Below are positions 41,221 to 51,844 of a DNA stretch of 64,000 nucleotides, one piece after another (the first letter of the stretch is position 1; every line of letters begins with the position of its first letter). The position numbers were made by a program, and so were the translations under genes. The DNA comes from Bdellovibrionales bacterium (GTDB lineage: Bacteria; Bdellovibrionota; Bdellovibrionia; Bdellovibrionales; UBA1609), in the NCBI GenBank assembly GCA_027317865.1, contig DAHVQG010000001.1, forward strand, positions 192,001 through 256,000. The letters are read 5' to 3'. The notes under the pieces are model-generated. The model was given only the letters and a program-made list of their open reading frames with translations. It was not told the DNA's origin and made no database searches.

Positions 41221-44200
41221 GTGCCGCCACGCGAAGACGGAAATTCTTTTATGTCGAAGCTGTATGCATCTCCGCTTCGGGTCTATCTGGCACTCGCGGC
41301 ACTTGCGGTTTGGGGCATTATCGCCGGTTTCACACTGCCGATTTCGCTTTTTCCCAATAGTTCGAAACCAAATATTGGCGTCGAGATCCCCTACGGGAGC
41401 ATGACTCCGAGCGAGTTCATGAATACCTACGGTGATAATCTAGAAAACTATCTGCGCCGAATTACGGTGGATGGACATAGGGTTCAAAAGCTTAAGGCGA
41501 CCTATGCCGGCAGCCGCGCTGAGTACCGGTTACTTTTTGACTGGGGTACGAACACTCAGAAGGCGCTTCGCGAGACTCGAACGACGGTCAATAGTCTGGC
41601 GAGCCGATATCCGCGTGAAGTGCGCGATGGGCTATGGGTTTGGAACGAAAACGGGCAAAAAACCGGATTTTTGGGAGTCACGTTTTATAGCCAAACCCGT
41701 TCTCTCAACGAGCTTTACAAATATCTGAAACCGCAACTTTTGCCGGTTGTACATTCCGTTCCCGGTGTCGCAAATTCGTTTCTGTGGAATCCCGATCAGC
41801 GCGAAATTATGATTGATATTAACCCTGAGCGCGCGGCCTCATTGCAAGTGCTCCCGAGTGACATTGCACAGGCGCTTATCCCGCAAATGGAATCTTCGAG
41901 CGGCGGGAGTATGACGGTTGGAACTCAGCAAATGCACATTTCGCTCAAAGCGCCTGTTCATAGCGCAGCGGGATTGGCGCAGGCGATTATCCCGACGCGA
42001 TCAGGCCAAATAATTCACTTAGGCGATATTGCGCACATTCATTTTGGTGTACCTGAAAACAGCCAACAATCGGTTACGACTAGCGGCGCGCCGAGTTTGA
42101 TTCTTATTGCGCGGCCAAAGCCGGGCGGCAATGTTGCACAAATGTCTGAGACCATTCTTGCCGCGATAAAAAATATGTCGCAACATTGGCCGAAAGACAT
42201 TCAGTACAAGGTGCTTGTCGACCCATCGCAGTTCATTCGTTCGGCGGTTGGTAACGTTTTGCGCGAAGTGATTCTTGCCGCCGCGCTTGCGGTGCTGGTG
42301 TTATTTTTATTTATCGGCAATCTTCGTAACGTCGTGACGGCCGCAATTGAAATTCCGATTAGCATCGTGATGGCTTTTATTTTAATGAAAATCGCGCATA
42401 TTGATCTCAATCTGATTTCGCTTGGCGGTCTGGCACTTTCGGCAGGGATGAACGTCGACGGCTCCGTCGTCGTGATGGAAAATATTTTTCGCCATTTCGA
42501 TGAAGAGCGGCGCAAGGGCAATACCTCGTTTCAGTTTGCAGACCGTTTGCGTATCGTTACTCGCGCTGTGAATGAGGTGCGTTTTCCGATTATTGCGTCG
42601 ACTATTGCGGCACTCGTTGTGTTTTTGCCGCTTGCCTTTACCAGTGCACTGACTAACGCGCTTCTCGGGGATTTGGCTTTGGCCGTCGTTTTTTCTCATG
42701 GGTTTTCGGCTCTTGTGGCGCTGGTGCTTGTGCCGACAGTCCGATTGCAACTCATGGACAAATTTTCTGACGAAATGTCACCGTCGCCGATTGAAGGTTT
42801 TTTTCGTAAAACAGAAAATATTTACGCTTGGGCTTTGCGCGGATTCTTAAATCGCCGGCGGCTAAAGCTTGCGGTTTACGGTGCGCTCTGTGCGGTTCTT
42901 GCGGCGCTATTAATTTGGGTCGTGCCCCGGCTGCCGCGAAAACTAATCGGTGAACCGGATTCGAATTGGGTGACGATCGATATTTCGGCCCGCGGCAATT
43001 CGCTCGCGCGCCAAATGCAGTCGCAGAGCAATTCGGTTGAAGCCAAAGTCATGAAAAGGTATGCAAGCAAAATTCTTTATAGCTTTACGCAAACCTGGGG
43101 AACAAATAACTCATTTATTATGCTTCGGTTGAAAAACAAGAGCGACATGCAGGCAATTAAGAAGGAGATTCAGCATGAATTTCCAAACACTCCCGACGAA
43201 AATTTCTTCGTTGGCAACTGGAATCCTTCGCAATTGCCGATTCCGCACCCGCCAGACTTTAAAGTTGCAATTACCGGCTCGAATAACAAGGATCGCTTTG
43301 AAGTTGGGCGCGACATTTGGCATTTGTTGCAGGCTCACTCGGGGTTTGTAAATATTGTGACAAAACCCGGGCTTAACCGGCGCGACCAAATAGAGCTTAA
43401 AATTAACCCAGAACAGTGGGCATTACTCAGTCACGCGCAGGTGCCCCTTACACCGGGCGATTTATCGGATTTGGTCCGAGTGGCAACGGTGGGCCGTCCG
43501 ATTTGGCAAATTCCGATTGACGGTGAATTGACGCCGGTAAATTTAGGTTTCTCGCAGGACCGCGTGGCAACGATGCAAGATCTAGAATCTTTACCAGTCG
43601 GTATCGAGGGTCATCTCGTTCCGCTGAAAGCATTGGCACAGGTTGCCGAAGTGCCGGTTGCACCTCCACGCTTTCGTGAAAACGGTATCAGTAAAATTCT
43701 GATTAAAGGTTACGGATTGAGGAGTAAGACCGGGCAGGCCGCGGTTATAGCGCAAAAAGCGCGACGCCTCGTAGAGAATTGGGTGAAGACGTCAGGCGCC
43801 ATGCACAGTTCAATTGTCACAATTGAAGATCCTCATAAGGATTTAACTCAGGCTCTCCACGAGCTGACGTATGCCGTGATTTTGTCGATCTTTCTTATCT
43901 TTTTGACCATGGTGTTTCAGTTCGGTGATATCGCGAACTCGTTACTCGTGCTTGTCGCCGTCCCGCTCGGCATTATTGGTGTCTTGGCCGCGCTTTATAT
44001 TTTTAATAGTTCGCTTTCACTCAATTCAGTCTTGGGGATGATATTGCTCAATGGCATTGCCGTGGCCAACAGTATTTTGCTTGTTGATTTTCTCAAGCGA
44101 CGGGTCGATGCGGGGATGCCTCCGAAATTCGCGGCAGTTGAAGCGTCGTGCACGCGATTGCGTCCGATTTTAATGACATCGACAACGACCGCTCTTGGAA

Positions 44201-44442
44201 TGTTGCCGATCGCCCTTGGCCTCGGGGAGGGGGGACGGATTTTGCAACCGCTCGGTATTGCCGTCCTCGGCGGGTTGAGTTTCTCTATGCTTACAACTCT
44301 CTTTATTGTTCCCGCTCTTCAAGTCAGTTATCTCGAATGGCGAGGCGGGCGACGCACGAAAATTAGGCCGCGAATACCGACGTTCGGCGCGCGTGAGGTT
44401 GAATTTGAAAATCCACGGTTTGATTGGAGTCCCGAGCTTTGA
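41221..44442 (+). CDS. RND efflux permease (AcrB family)
   Basis: LNLISLGGL..VD.SVVVMENI, RLRPILMTS.TTALGMLP; start may be ATG 41251. Confidence 0.94.
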   Translation: MPPREDGNSFMSKLYASPLRVYLALAALAVWGIIAGFTLPISLFPNSSKPNIGVEIPYGSMTPSEFMNTYGDNLENYLRRITVDGHRVQKLKATYAGSRAEYRLLFDWGTNTQKALRETRTTVNSLASRYPREVRDGLWVWNENGQKTGFLGVTFYSQTRSLNELYKYLKPQLLPVVHSVPGVANSFLWNPDQREIMIDINPERAASLQVLPSDIAQALIPQMESSSGGSMTVGTQQMHISLKAPVHSAAGLAQAIIPTRSGQIIHLGDIAHIHFGVPENSQQSVTTSGAPSLILIARPKPGGNVAQMSETILAAIKNMSQHWPKDIQYKVLVDPSQFIRSAVGNVLREVILAAALAVLVLFLFIGNLRNVVTAAIEIPISIVMAFILMKIAHIDLNLISLGGLALSAGMNVDGSVVVMENIFRHFDEERRKGNTSFQFADRLRIVTRAVNEVRFPIIASTIAALVVFLPLAFTSALTNALLGDLALAVVFSHGFSALVALVLVPTVRLQLMDKFSDEMSPSPIEGFFRKTENIYAWALRGFLNRRRLKLAVYGALCAVLAALLIWVVPRLPRKLIGEPDSNWVTIDISARGNSLARQMQSQSNSVEAKVMKRYASKILYSFTQTWGTNNSFIMLRLKNKSDMQAIKKEIQHEFPNTPDENFFVGNWNPSQLPIPHPPDFKVAITGSNNKDRFEVGRDIWHLLQAHSGFVNIVTKPGLNRRDQIELKINPEQWALLSHAQVPLTPGDLSDLVRVATVGRPIWQIPIDGELTPVNLGFSQDRVATMQDLESLPVGIEGHLVPLKALAQVAEVPVAPPRFRENGISKILIKGYGLRSKTGQAAVIAQKARRLVENWVKTSGAMHSSIVTIEDPHKDLTQALHELTYAVILSIFLIFLTMVFQFGDIANSLLVLVAVPLGIIGVLAALYIFNSSLSLNSVLGMILLNGIAVANSILLVDFLKRRVDAGMPPKFAAVEASCTRLRPILMTSTTTALGMLPIALGLGEGGRILQPLGIAVLGGLSFSMLTTLFIVPALQVSYLEWRGGRRTKIRPRIPTFGAREVEFENPRFDWSPEL

Positions 44443-45722
44443 AAAGGCTGGCATTTGAATTATTTAAATACATGCTGCTTTTAACGGGCACTACTGCATT
44501 GCTTACGAGTGCTTTTGTACGAGCTGCGCCCTTGCGCGCGTCGGTGACGTTTCAACAAGCGTTGCGGTTGATGGTAAAAAATGATCTCGCAGTGAAAATA
44601 CAGAAGACGAAACTCAACATTGCGCATGAAAAATTGGTCGGTAGTGTCGGCGCGTTTTTGCCCATGGTTTCGACCAGCTATTCGAAGCAAAATTGGCTCG
44701 GCACCCCTGAAGATTCATATTCGATAGGGGCAAATATTAACGTTTTTCATTGGGGGGCCGACGTCGCCAAATACAGGTCAGCGCGTTTTGACCTCAGAGC
44801 GCGTAAAGCGACTTTTACAGATTCGAAATTGAATGCGGAAGCTGCCGCGTGCAAAGCGCTATTTCAATGGATGCAAGAATCACAAATTTTGGCGGCCTAC
44901 GACCGAAGCGAAAAGAGCGCGCAATTGAATCACAGCATTGCAATTGAGCGCTACAAAAGAGGTTATTTATCGGCAGAAGAACTTGATAAAGTGACACTGG
45001 ATCTCGCAAACGTTCGAGCCCTTCGTGCGCAAACACAATCGAATTTAGCGCAAGCCCGAGAAACTGTGAGATCGCTTTTGGGTTCTGATCGAATTACCGA
45101 CAAGTGGCCATGGCGGCGGCAGATTCTTAGTTTAAATTTAAATCAATTCGATCGCCTTCGCGGAATCAGAGCTTTAAAAGTCAGGCCCGATTATTTGGCG
45201 GCCAAGGCTCAGTTGAATGAAGAAAATTGGCTCGTGCGAAGTTCGCGGCGAAAAGTTTTGCCAAGCATCGACTTAAATTATTCCCAAAGTAAATATAATT
45301 ATAACAATCAGGGGTTCGGCGGTTGGTCAACGGGCGTTACCGTTAGCATTCCGCTTTTTAATGGATTGCAAGATGAAACATCTTATAAAAGTGCGGTGCA
45401 ATCAAGGGCGGCCGCTGAATTTCAACTTCAACAATTAGAACGTGATATTCGAAGCGAACAATCCGAGGCAAAAACCAATTTTAAAATTGCAGTTGATCAG
45501 TACAAAAACAGTTTGATCGATCTTGGGCTAGCCAAGCGGCTTCTCGCCGCCGACACATCCCGTTTTCGTTTGGGCCGCGCCACTGCTGATGATCTGAATC
45601 TTGATCTAACTCGCGTGACCGATTCGAAGCGACTGGCGATTCAAAGCATCGAGCGGGCCCATATGGCCTATGTAGACCTTCTTCACGCATTTGGTGAGAG
45701 CGTTTTTAATAGAATTCGATGA
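44424..45722 (+). CDS. TolC-family outer membrane factor
   Basis: Two OEP-like repeats, RY.RG.LS, VSIPLFNG, RF.LG. Confidence 0.88.
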   Translation: MESRALKRLAFELFKYMLLLTGTTALLTSAFVRAAPLRASVTFQQALRLMVKNDLAVKIQKTKLNIAHEKLVGSVGAFLPMVSTSYSKQNWLGTPEDSYSIGANINVFHWGADVAKYRSARFDLRARKATFTDSKLNAEAAACKALFQWMQESQILAAYDRSEKSAQLNHSIAIERYKRGYLSAEELDKVTLDLANVRALRAQTQSNLAQARETVRSLLGSDRITDKWPWRRQILSLNLNQFDRLRGIRALKVRPDYLAAKAQLNEENWLVRSSRRKVLPSIDLNYSQSKYNYNNQGFGGWSTGVTVSIPLFNGLQDETSYKSAVQSRAAAEFQLQQLERDIRSEQSEAKTNFKIAVDQYKNSLIDLGLAKRLLAADTSRFRLGRATADDLNLDLTRVTDSKRLAIQSIERAHMAYVDLLHAFGESVFNRIR

Positions 45723-45812
45723 GAATTGATTCTGATTGTTGAATTTGTGTAAGCTATGGTTGCAACTTTCATTTATCGCTTGAATTTGGCGCATCTTAAG
45801 ATTGGGGGCATC

Positions 45813-47177
45813 ATGAAACGCGCGCGCTTTTGTTCTTTGTCAGTTCATTTATCTATTGCGGCAGTGCTCACGCTATTTACGACTGGTAGTTTTGCAAAAG
45901 GCTTCAATTATAACGGCGTTAACGTGCAACTTGGCGGGTTTCTCGCATCCGAAACTGTATATCGCGATAATAACATGGCATCTGATGTCGCAACAAATTT
46001 CAGCAAAATTCCATTCAAAAATAGCGCGCAATACGGCGAGCCCGAATTTCGCGGCAGCGAACGTCAGTCACGATTCTCGCTGTTGGCGCAGGGGCTTTAC
46101 AATCATCGCGTTCGGGTCACCGGCTACTACGAACTTGATTTTTTGGGTGCGGCCACGACGGCTAACTCAAACGAGAGCAATTCGTACAACCCGCGTACGC
46201 GCGTAGTTTATCTTGACATCGATTGGTTGAACTCGGGTTGGCACTTACTCGCTGGCCAAGATTGGTCGCTTGTGACATTGAATTCTGACGGGATCACTCC
46301 ACGTCACGAAGTGTTACCGCCGACGATCGACGCCCAGTACGCCGTCGGATTTAATTGGGCTCGGCAATGGCAAACCCGCATCGTGAAAAATTGGGGTAAA
46401 AAATATTGGGCTGCTCTTTCTCTTGAGAACCCGCAAACAACAGCCGGTGGGAGCGCTCCAACGGGATATGGCGCCGTATATCAGTTCGGTCCTGGCTCGC
46501 TTTTTTCGAACAAAACGTCGATCAATAGCATGCCTGACATCATCGTGAAATTTGCGTGGCAGCCCTCGTTTGCACATTTTGAGGTTTACAATCTGACACG
46601 GAATTTTGAAAGCGAATACGGTTTGATAGGCTCCGAGACTCGCAAGCAAAGCACGTGGACCGACGCGGCCGGTGCCGGTGTGATCGTGCCATTTCTGCAC
46701 AAAAAGGTAAAAATAAAGCTAAGCGGTTTAGTCGGGGACGGAATCGGCCGCTATGGCACGGCTCAATTGCCCGATGTGACATACGCAAGCGACGGAAGAC
46801 TTGAGCCATTGTCCGGTGAGCAGTATCTCGCACAACTTTCGTGGCATGCGCGAGCTGATTTAACCTCCTATATCACGTATGGGTTAGAAAGCGTTAACAG
46901 TTCGGCCGGCAGCGGTTACGGTTACGGCAATTCCGCAGTGACGACAAATGCGGGTTGTTCAAATTTGGGTGGTACATGCAGCGCTGAGGCAAAAAGTGTG
47001 AATCAAATCAACCTTGGGTTTTGGTGGCAGATTTATAAAATGCAAAAGTTTGGAGTGCTGAATTTCGGCGCACAATACTCGCATACATCACTTGATACTT
47101 TCGCCGATGCGACGGGAATCTCCCCAAGCACCTCTGAGAACATGGTATTTACGAGTTTGCGATATTACCCGTTTTGA
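45813..47177 (+). CDS. outer membrane porin-like beta-barrel
   Basis: Signal peptide; RQSR, YYELDF, LLAGQDWSL; C-terminal RYYPF. Confidence 0.8.
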   Translation: MKRARFCSLSVHLSIAAVLTLFTTGSFAKGFNYNGVNVQLGGFLASETVYRDNNMASDVATNFSKIPFKNSAQYGEPEFRGSERQSRFSLLAQGLYNHRVRVTGYYELDFLGAATTANSNESNSYNPRTRVVYLDIDWLNSGWHLLAGQDWSLVTLNSDGITPRHEVLPPTIDAQYAVGFNWARQWQTRIVKNWGKKYWAALSLENPQTTAGGSAPTGYGAVYQFGPGSLFSNKTSINSMPDIIVKFAWQPSFAHFEVYNLTRNFESEYGLIGSETRKQSTWTDAAGAGVIVPFLHKKVKIKLSGLVGDGIGRYGTAQLPDVTYASDGRLEPLSGEQYLAQLSWHARADLTSYITYGLESVNSSAGSGYGYGNSAVTTNAGCSNLGGTCSAEAKSVNQINLGFWWQIYKMQKFGVLNFGAQYSHTSLDTFADATGISPSTSENMVFTSLRYYPF

Positions 47178-47602
47178 AGCGTGCAGTAGCTATAGGTAGC
47201 CGCCGCCGCAGTTTTACTGTTGTCGGCGTTAGTAACAGTCGACGTCACAATGATTTTAGTGAGTTCGCCGTTTTTGTCGAAAGTGGCTGTGGCGCTTGTA
47301 AAGTTCATCGTTGTGTCGTCTTGTGCGCCGTACGGACTAAGTTCATATGATTTTATGATTTTCGTCAAATTAGAGGGCGGAACAGCCGAGCTGACGGATT
47401 GGTCACCGTTTGAAAATGCAAGAATCAGCGATTCGGTCGGATAAACGGTTACATTCACATTTTCGGGCAATAACGACTGACTGCTTGTGCTGACGCAATC
47501 GAACGTTCCCGTGACAAGCGCACTCGCGTTGAATCCAATTAATGATGACGCGATTAGTGCCAAACTGAAAATAGTCGCCGCAGACCCGAATAGTCGATTC
47601 AT
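47165..47602 (-). CDS. secreted hypothetical protein
   Basis: Signal peptide; terminal Cys pair; AAGGAG SD. Confidence 0.7.
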   Translation of the reverse strand: MNRLFGSAATIFSLALIASSLIGFNASALVTGTFDCVSTSSQSLLPENVNVTVYPTESLILAFSNGDQSVSSAVPPSNLTKIIKSYELSPYGAQDDTTMNFTSATATFDKNGELTKIIVTSTVTNADNSKTAAAATYSYCTLQNG

Positions 47603-47707
47603 AAACTTAGCTCCTTGCCTCGTGACTTGCGCCCGTTCTTATAGCACACGTCTTGCATTGGACCTAGCAACATTCGAGGTCCCGCCCGAAAACCAACATA
47701 GAAAGGT

Positions 47708-48868
47708 TTGAGCTTGAAAATTTCACCATCGTTCAAGCGCTCCCTGTCGATCTTTTTGACAGTGGCGACACTTTTAGGCTCTGGCCCTCTTGCGGGCGCG
47801 GCAGGGTTATTTTCTGCTTCATTTTCGACTCGACCATATAAATTTGTATCGTGCGAAGCGATGCTCGAAATGAAGTCGTATTCGACCGATCAAAATATTT
47901 TACCGGCGGTACAGAGGGCGATCCAACAAATTCGCATGTCCGTAAAAGACACCGGAGACAGCGGGAGTTCACTGTGGCCAGTATCTTACGCAGGCAACAT
48001 CAAAAGAATGTCGAAGAGTGATGCACAAAAAATTATAGAACGGCTCAACGGCATCGTCGATAATCTTAAAAGAACAAATCTTGACGAACAGTATCTCGCG
48101 TTTGAAGTTCGCGGCGATGACATCGCAAAAGCATTGTCACTCGTTGAAACAAGACAAAGAGAACTCACTCGGATTTATAATAAAATGTATCCGCCGCTTA
48201 AAGCTACTATCGGTAGTCGGCTCCCGAATCTTGCGGCATCCGGTTTAAGCTTTCTATCGGTAACGTCGCTCGTCTTTGGAATTATGGCCCATGTGCCGGC
48301 CCACAAGCTTGTTTCGCTTTCAGTACTAGCTCTACTTTCAATTGTAACGGCGAAATTTTTCTCATTTTTGAATAAATACCGGCGCGATCAAAATTACGGC
48401 GGTTTGGCTCGATTTTTAAATCGCGCAGTATCTCAGCCGGACCCGGATCAATTTTATATCGATAGTTCAAACATGGATATCATACCCGTACCCGCTGAAT
48501 TTCACAAAATGCTCATGGGTAATTCAGCTGAAAAGGATGCCGTTCAATATGCACGTCATTTGATACTAAAGGCTTGGGCTATTGACGGTTATAATGCTCC
48601 CGCCGAAATGAAGCGGCTCGATGCATTACTCAATCGTGCTGTGCAAAATGCCGGGGATCTCAATCGCTACGCGTATGTTGATCAAATCGTTTACTTTAAT
48701 AAATCACTCAGCAAGCCCGGTGAACCTCCCGTACCGGTGTGGCTGTTCGTTTATCGTGCGTTTCGCTCAAGAAAAGGCGGCAAAAGGCCGTCGAAAAAAG
48801 AACACAATGCCGCGCGAGATAAGCAATGGGATCCAGGCCTGAAGCCGGTCCCCGTTGAAACGAGATGA
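47708..48868 (+). CDS. hypothetical protein (signal peptide, internal TM pair)
   Basis: 386-aa ORF; shares motifs with the next ORF. Confidence 0.7.
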   Translation: MSLKISPSFKRSLSIFLTVATLLGSGPLAGAAGLFSASFSTRPYKFVSCEAMLEMKSYSTDQNILPAVQRAIQQIRMSVKDTGDSGSSLWPVSYAGNIKRMSKSDAQKIIERLNGIVDNLKRTNLDEQYLAFEVRGDDIAKALSLVETRQRELTRIYNKMYPPLKATIGSRLPNLAASGLSFLSVTSLVFGIMAHVPAHKLVSLSVLALLSIVTAKFFSFLNKYRRDQNYGGLARFLNRAVSQPDPDQFYIDSSNMDIIPVPAEFHKMLMGNSAEKDAVQYARHLILKAWAIDGYNAPAEMKRLDALLNRAVQNAGDLNRYAYVDQIVYFNKSLSKPGEPPVPVWLFVYRAFRSRKGGKRPSKKEHNAARDKQWDPGLKPVPVETR

Positions 48869-48891
48869 AAAAAATGAAGGAGCTGTGATCG

Positions 48892-49596
48892 ATGAAAATG
48901 TCAGAGCGTGCAAGAAATTGCGTAGCAGCAATATTGTTTGTACCGGGCCTGGCGTTCGTCAGGCACAAAATTGAGACTTGTGATCAAATTGTTAAAAATA
49001 TAAAAGTTCAATCCGCGGCCAATGAGGACAACATACAAATAGCATTAGCGACTCTGAAACGCGCCCAAAAGCGAATTCAATTTGCAATTGGTAACGTCGA
49101 CGCGAACGGCAAAATCATAGACCGCGTTTCACCGTCATTTTCTGATGTCTATTATTCTGGATATGCCCGAAAGATGTCCCCCAAATTGGCTGACGTGGTA
49201 ATTGGGCGGCTCAATGGTCTCGCTGAAAACCTTCAATCCAAGAACAATGAAATGAACCAAGTTGACCCGGTTGAAGCGCGGGGTATAGGCGCAATCGACG
49301 AAGCCCTCGATAGCATCGAGAATGCGGGGCAAATACCTCGCCGTTTGGTTTTGAGTTTAAGAAAATTTTTGCGTAAAACAGTGGCTACAAAAGACACAAG
49401 TCGAATCTTTATTGCCGGACTAAAGACAAAACTCAAATTACAAAATGACGCCGCAAATACAAAGCAGAAGGTCTACATCGACGTTGTCACATTTTTTGAC
49501 AAAACCGCGGCGGCGGATAAGTCGGTGGAACCTAGCGGTAAGCTATTAGCGGGCTATGAACCGGTCTTGCTGATCGTGTACCGCGCGCTACAATAG
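48892..49596 (+). CDS. hypothetical protein, paralog of 47708-48868
   Basis: AAGGAG SD; shared MS..A...I.RLNG...NL and PV.L.VYRA motifs. Confidence 0.7.
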   Translation: MKMSERARNCVAAILFVPGLAFVRHKIETCDQIVKNIKVQSAANEDNIQIALATLKRAQKRIQFAIGNVDANGKIIDRVSPSFSDVYYSGYARKMSPKLADVVIGRLNGLAENLQSKNNEMNQVDPVEARGIGAIDEALDSIENAGQIPRRLVLSLRKFLRKTVATKDTSRIFIAGLKTKLKLQNDAANTKQKVYIDVVTFFDKTAAADKSVEPSGKLLAGYEPVLLIVYRALQ

Positions 49597-49668
49597 CTAA
49601 ACGGGTATTTGCTATATAATATAAAAGTGCAGCCCAGGTAATATTATACATCGTCGAGGTTTATCATC

Positions 49669-51249
49669 GTGAATTCAAAAAATGTATTATGGGCTCTTTG
49701 CGGGCTAATTATCGCATGCTCTTTGCTTCAAGGCGCGAGAGTTTACGCGAGCAACCACGCCTTTTCGAACCAAAGCGCTGAGTTTGGTTCGGCACTTCAG
49801 CTTTTCACGAGCAAAAACTACGAGCAAAGCCGACGCGCCTTTTTTGAGCTCGTGAAGAGACATCCAAAGAACAATGTCTATTGGTTTAATCTAGCAAACT
49901 CATATTTTATGCTCGGCCAGTACCGGAATGCCGTCGTCTGTTATAACCATGTGATCAGATCTAAAGATGGATTAAAAATCGCGTCGCAATGGTATCGTGC
50001 GCGGGCTTTCTATAAGCTCGGAGATCGAAAAAAGGCTCTTTCAGAATTGCGATATATTTTGCGGCACGAAGCGCCCCCGCCGGCAGTACGATTGGGTGTC
50101 GAAGAAGATTTGCGAACGCAGTTCGGTGGAGGGGTGATTGAGCGCGCTCATAGCGCGGGCGAAACGCGGTTAGAATTCGAGGCTCTTAAGCTTTATCAGC
50201 GGCATGAATTTCGTCAGGCTCTGGCGGCAGTTGATCGAATTAAATATCCGTCAAAGCACGACTTGATTTTAAAAAGTTTGATTTTGAAGAAAATGAATCG
50301 CCTTAGCGAGAGTCGGCGAATATTGAAATCCATCAATTCGCAAGAAGCTAAAAATCTGCTCGACGAAGTGGAAATGGCGCAAACATCAAGGCGAAAATTT
50401 TGGGGCTATATCAATGCTTCTCTCGGTCAAGAGTCAAACGTTTATCAGGTGCCGGCGTTTCAATCGCCGACAAGCCGGACAATTTCTGATGATTTTTGGG
50501 GATTGGGTGGCGAACTTAAAAGTTGGGGTAAAAGATATCTGCTGCTCAATTATTACGGTAATCTTTACGATGTTTTTTCGATTTCAGCGTTGCAAATCAT
50601 TTCGCATCGATTGTGGTTAAGTTACGGTTTTAAGAAATCCGGTTGGAACATGCAAATCGGTCCCTATTATGAGTTGGATGATTGGGGCGGTCAAAGCGCC
50701 TACGACGTATTCGGTATTAAATATAAAACGTTTAGATATAAAAATCATTTTCAATGGGGGGCAACTGCTGATTTTGGCAGTCAATCGGCGAGTCAAGCCC
50801 GGTATTCGTATATGTCGGGCGCGGTGACGTCCTTGCGGTTCTACGCGGGGTACATTAAAAATTCGATTTTTGCCCAAGTTTATTTGTTGGGCGAGCACGA
50901 CGGCATTGGCGATATTAAATTTACGAATGGCGACGTTTTACCTGAAGGGCAGAACAATTACGGGATCGGTGGATGGGGCATAATCAGGATCAATAATAAA
51001 TGGATGGCAATTGGGCGCATACAAGTCATCAACCGCAATTTTATAGACCATGCGGTACCGAATAAAGTTCGAGCCGATAGCGAAGCAAAGTACGAGGTGC
51101 GGGCAATTCGGACGTTTACCAACCGGTTTTCCGGCTATCTTTCGCTGTCTGAAACGGATAACAGTTCAACGTTGGGGAGCAACGACGTCGTGGATCTTAA
51201 TTATACCGACCAAATTTTTCTGCTCGGTGTATCATGGAGCAACCTGTAA
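49669..51249 (+). CDS. TPR protein with C-terminal outer membrane beta-barrel
   Basis: Signal peptide; TPR (WFNLANSYFMLGQYRNAV); amphipathic aromatic strands ending LGVSWSNL. Confidence 0.8.
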   Translation: MNSKNVLWALCGLIIACSLLQGARVYASNHAFSNQSAEFGSALQLFTSKNYEQSRRAFFELVKRHPKNNVYWFNLANSYFMLGQYRNAVVCYNHVIRSKDGLKIASQWYRARAFYKLGDRKKALSELRYILRHEAPPPAVRLGVEEDLRTQFGGGVIERAHSAGETRLEFEALKLYQRHEFRQALAAVDRIKYPSKHDLILKSLILKKMNRLSESRRILKSINSQEAKNLLDEVEMAQTSRRKFWGYINASLGQESNVYQVPAFQSPTSRTISDDFWGLGGELKSWGKRYLLLNYYGNLYDVFSISALQIISHRLWLSYGFKKSGWNMQIGPYYELDDWGGQSAYDVFGIKYKTFRYKNHFQWGATADFGSQSASQARYSYMSGAVTSLRFYAGYIKNSIFAQVYLLGEHDGIGDIKFTNGDVLPEGQNNYGIGGWGIIRINNKWMAIGRIQVINRNFIDHAVPNKVRADSEAKYEVRAIRTFTNRFSGYLSLSETDNSSTLGSNDVVDLNYTDQIFLLGVSWSNL

Positions 51250-51788
51250 TGGCTGCCAATATTGATGATTCGGCCGCTTTGGCAAATTGGATCGCCCTTG
51301 CGCAAAACGGCGATCGATCGGCGTTTGAGTTTCTTATCGAGAATACCCAGTCTAAATTATTTAAATTTTGTTTTGTTTTGTCAGCAAACCGCGCGCAAGC
51401 CGACGACTTGTTGCAAGAAACCTATCTTCGCGCTTTGGTGAAAATTCATAAGCTCCGCGAACCGAACCAGTTTATGGCCTGGCTTTTTAGGATCGCAAAG
51501 AACGTGTATCTTGATCAATGGCGATCGCGAAAACTTCAAGGCCAGGCGATGAATAAAATTGCGGATTTGGCAGATAGTTCGCGTGACGAAGAGGCGACCC
51601 ATACAGTTGCGGTTCGCCAAGCGCTGTCTCAATTTGATCCAAAAGACCGCTATTTGCTGTCTCTAATTGATCTGGCGGAGTTCACCTATGCCGAGGCCGC
51701 CGACATTTTTGGCGAGTCCGAAGCGGCTGTAAAATCTAGGGTTTTTCGGCTTCGCAAAAGTTTTTTAAAAAAGTTAACGGGCGAATGA
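51249..51788 (+). CDS. ECF sigma factor
   Basis: GDRSAF, ADDLLQET, F.AWLFRIAKN, TYAEAA..VKSRVFR; TAATG overlap with upstream gene. Confidence 0.93.
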   Translation: MAANIDDSAALANWIALAQNGDRSAFEFLIENTQSKLFKFCFVLSANRAQADDLLQETYLRALVKIHKLREPNQFMAWLFRIAKNVYLDQWRSRKLQGQAMNKIADLADSSRDEEATHTVAVRQALSQFDPKDRYLLSLIDLAEFTYAEAADIFGESEAAVKSRVFRLRKSFLKKLTGE

Positions 51789-51844
51789 AACGATTCACAG
51801 CCCTCGCACGTCTTTAAAATAAACCGCACTTAACGGGAAAGTAT

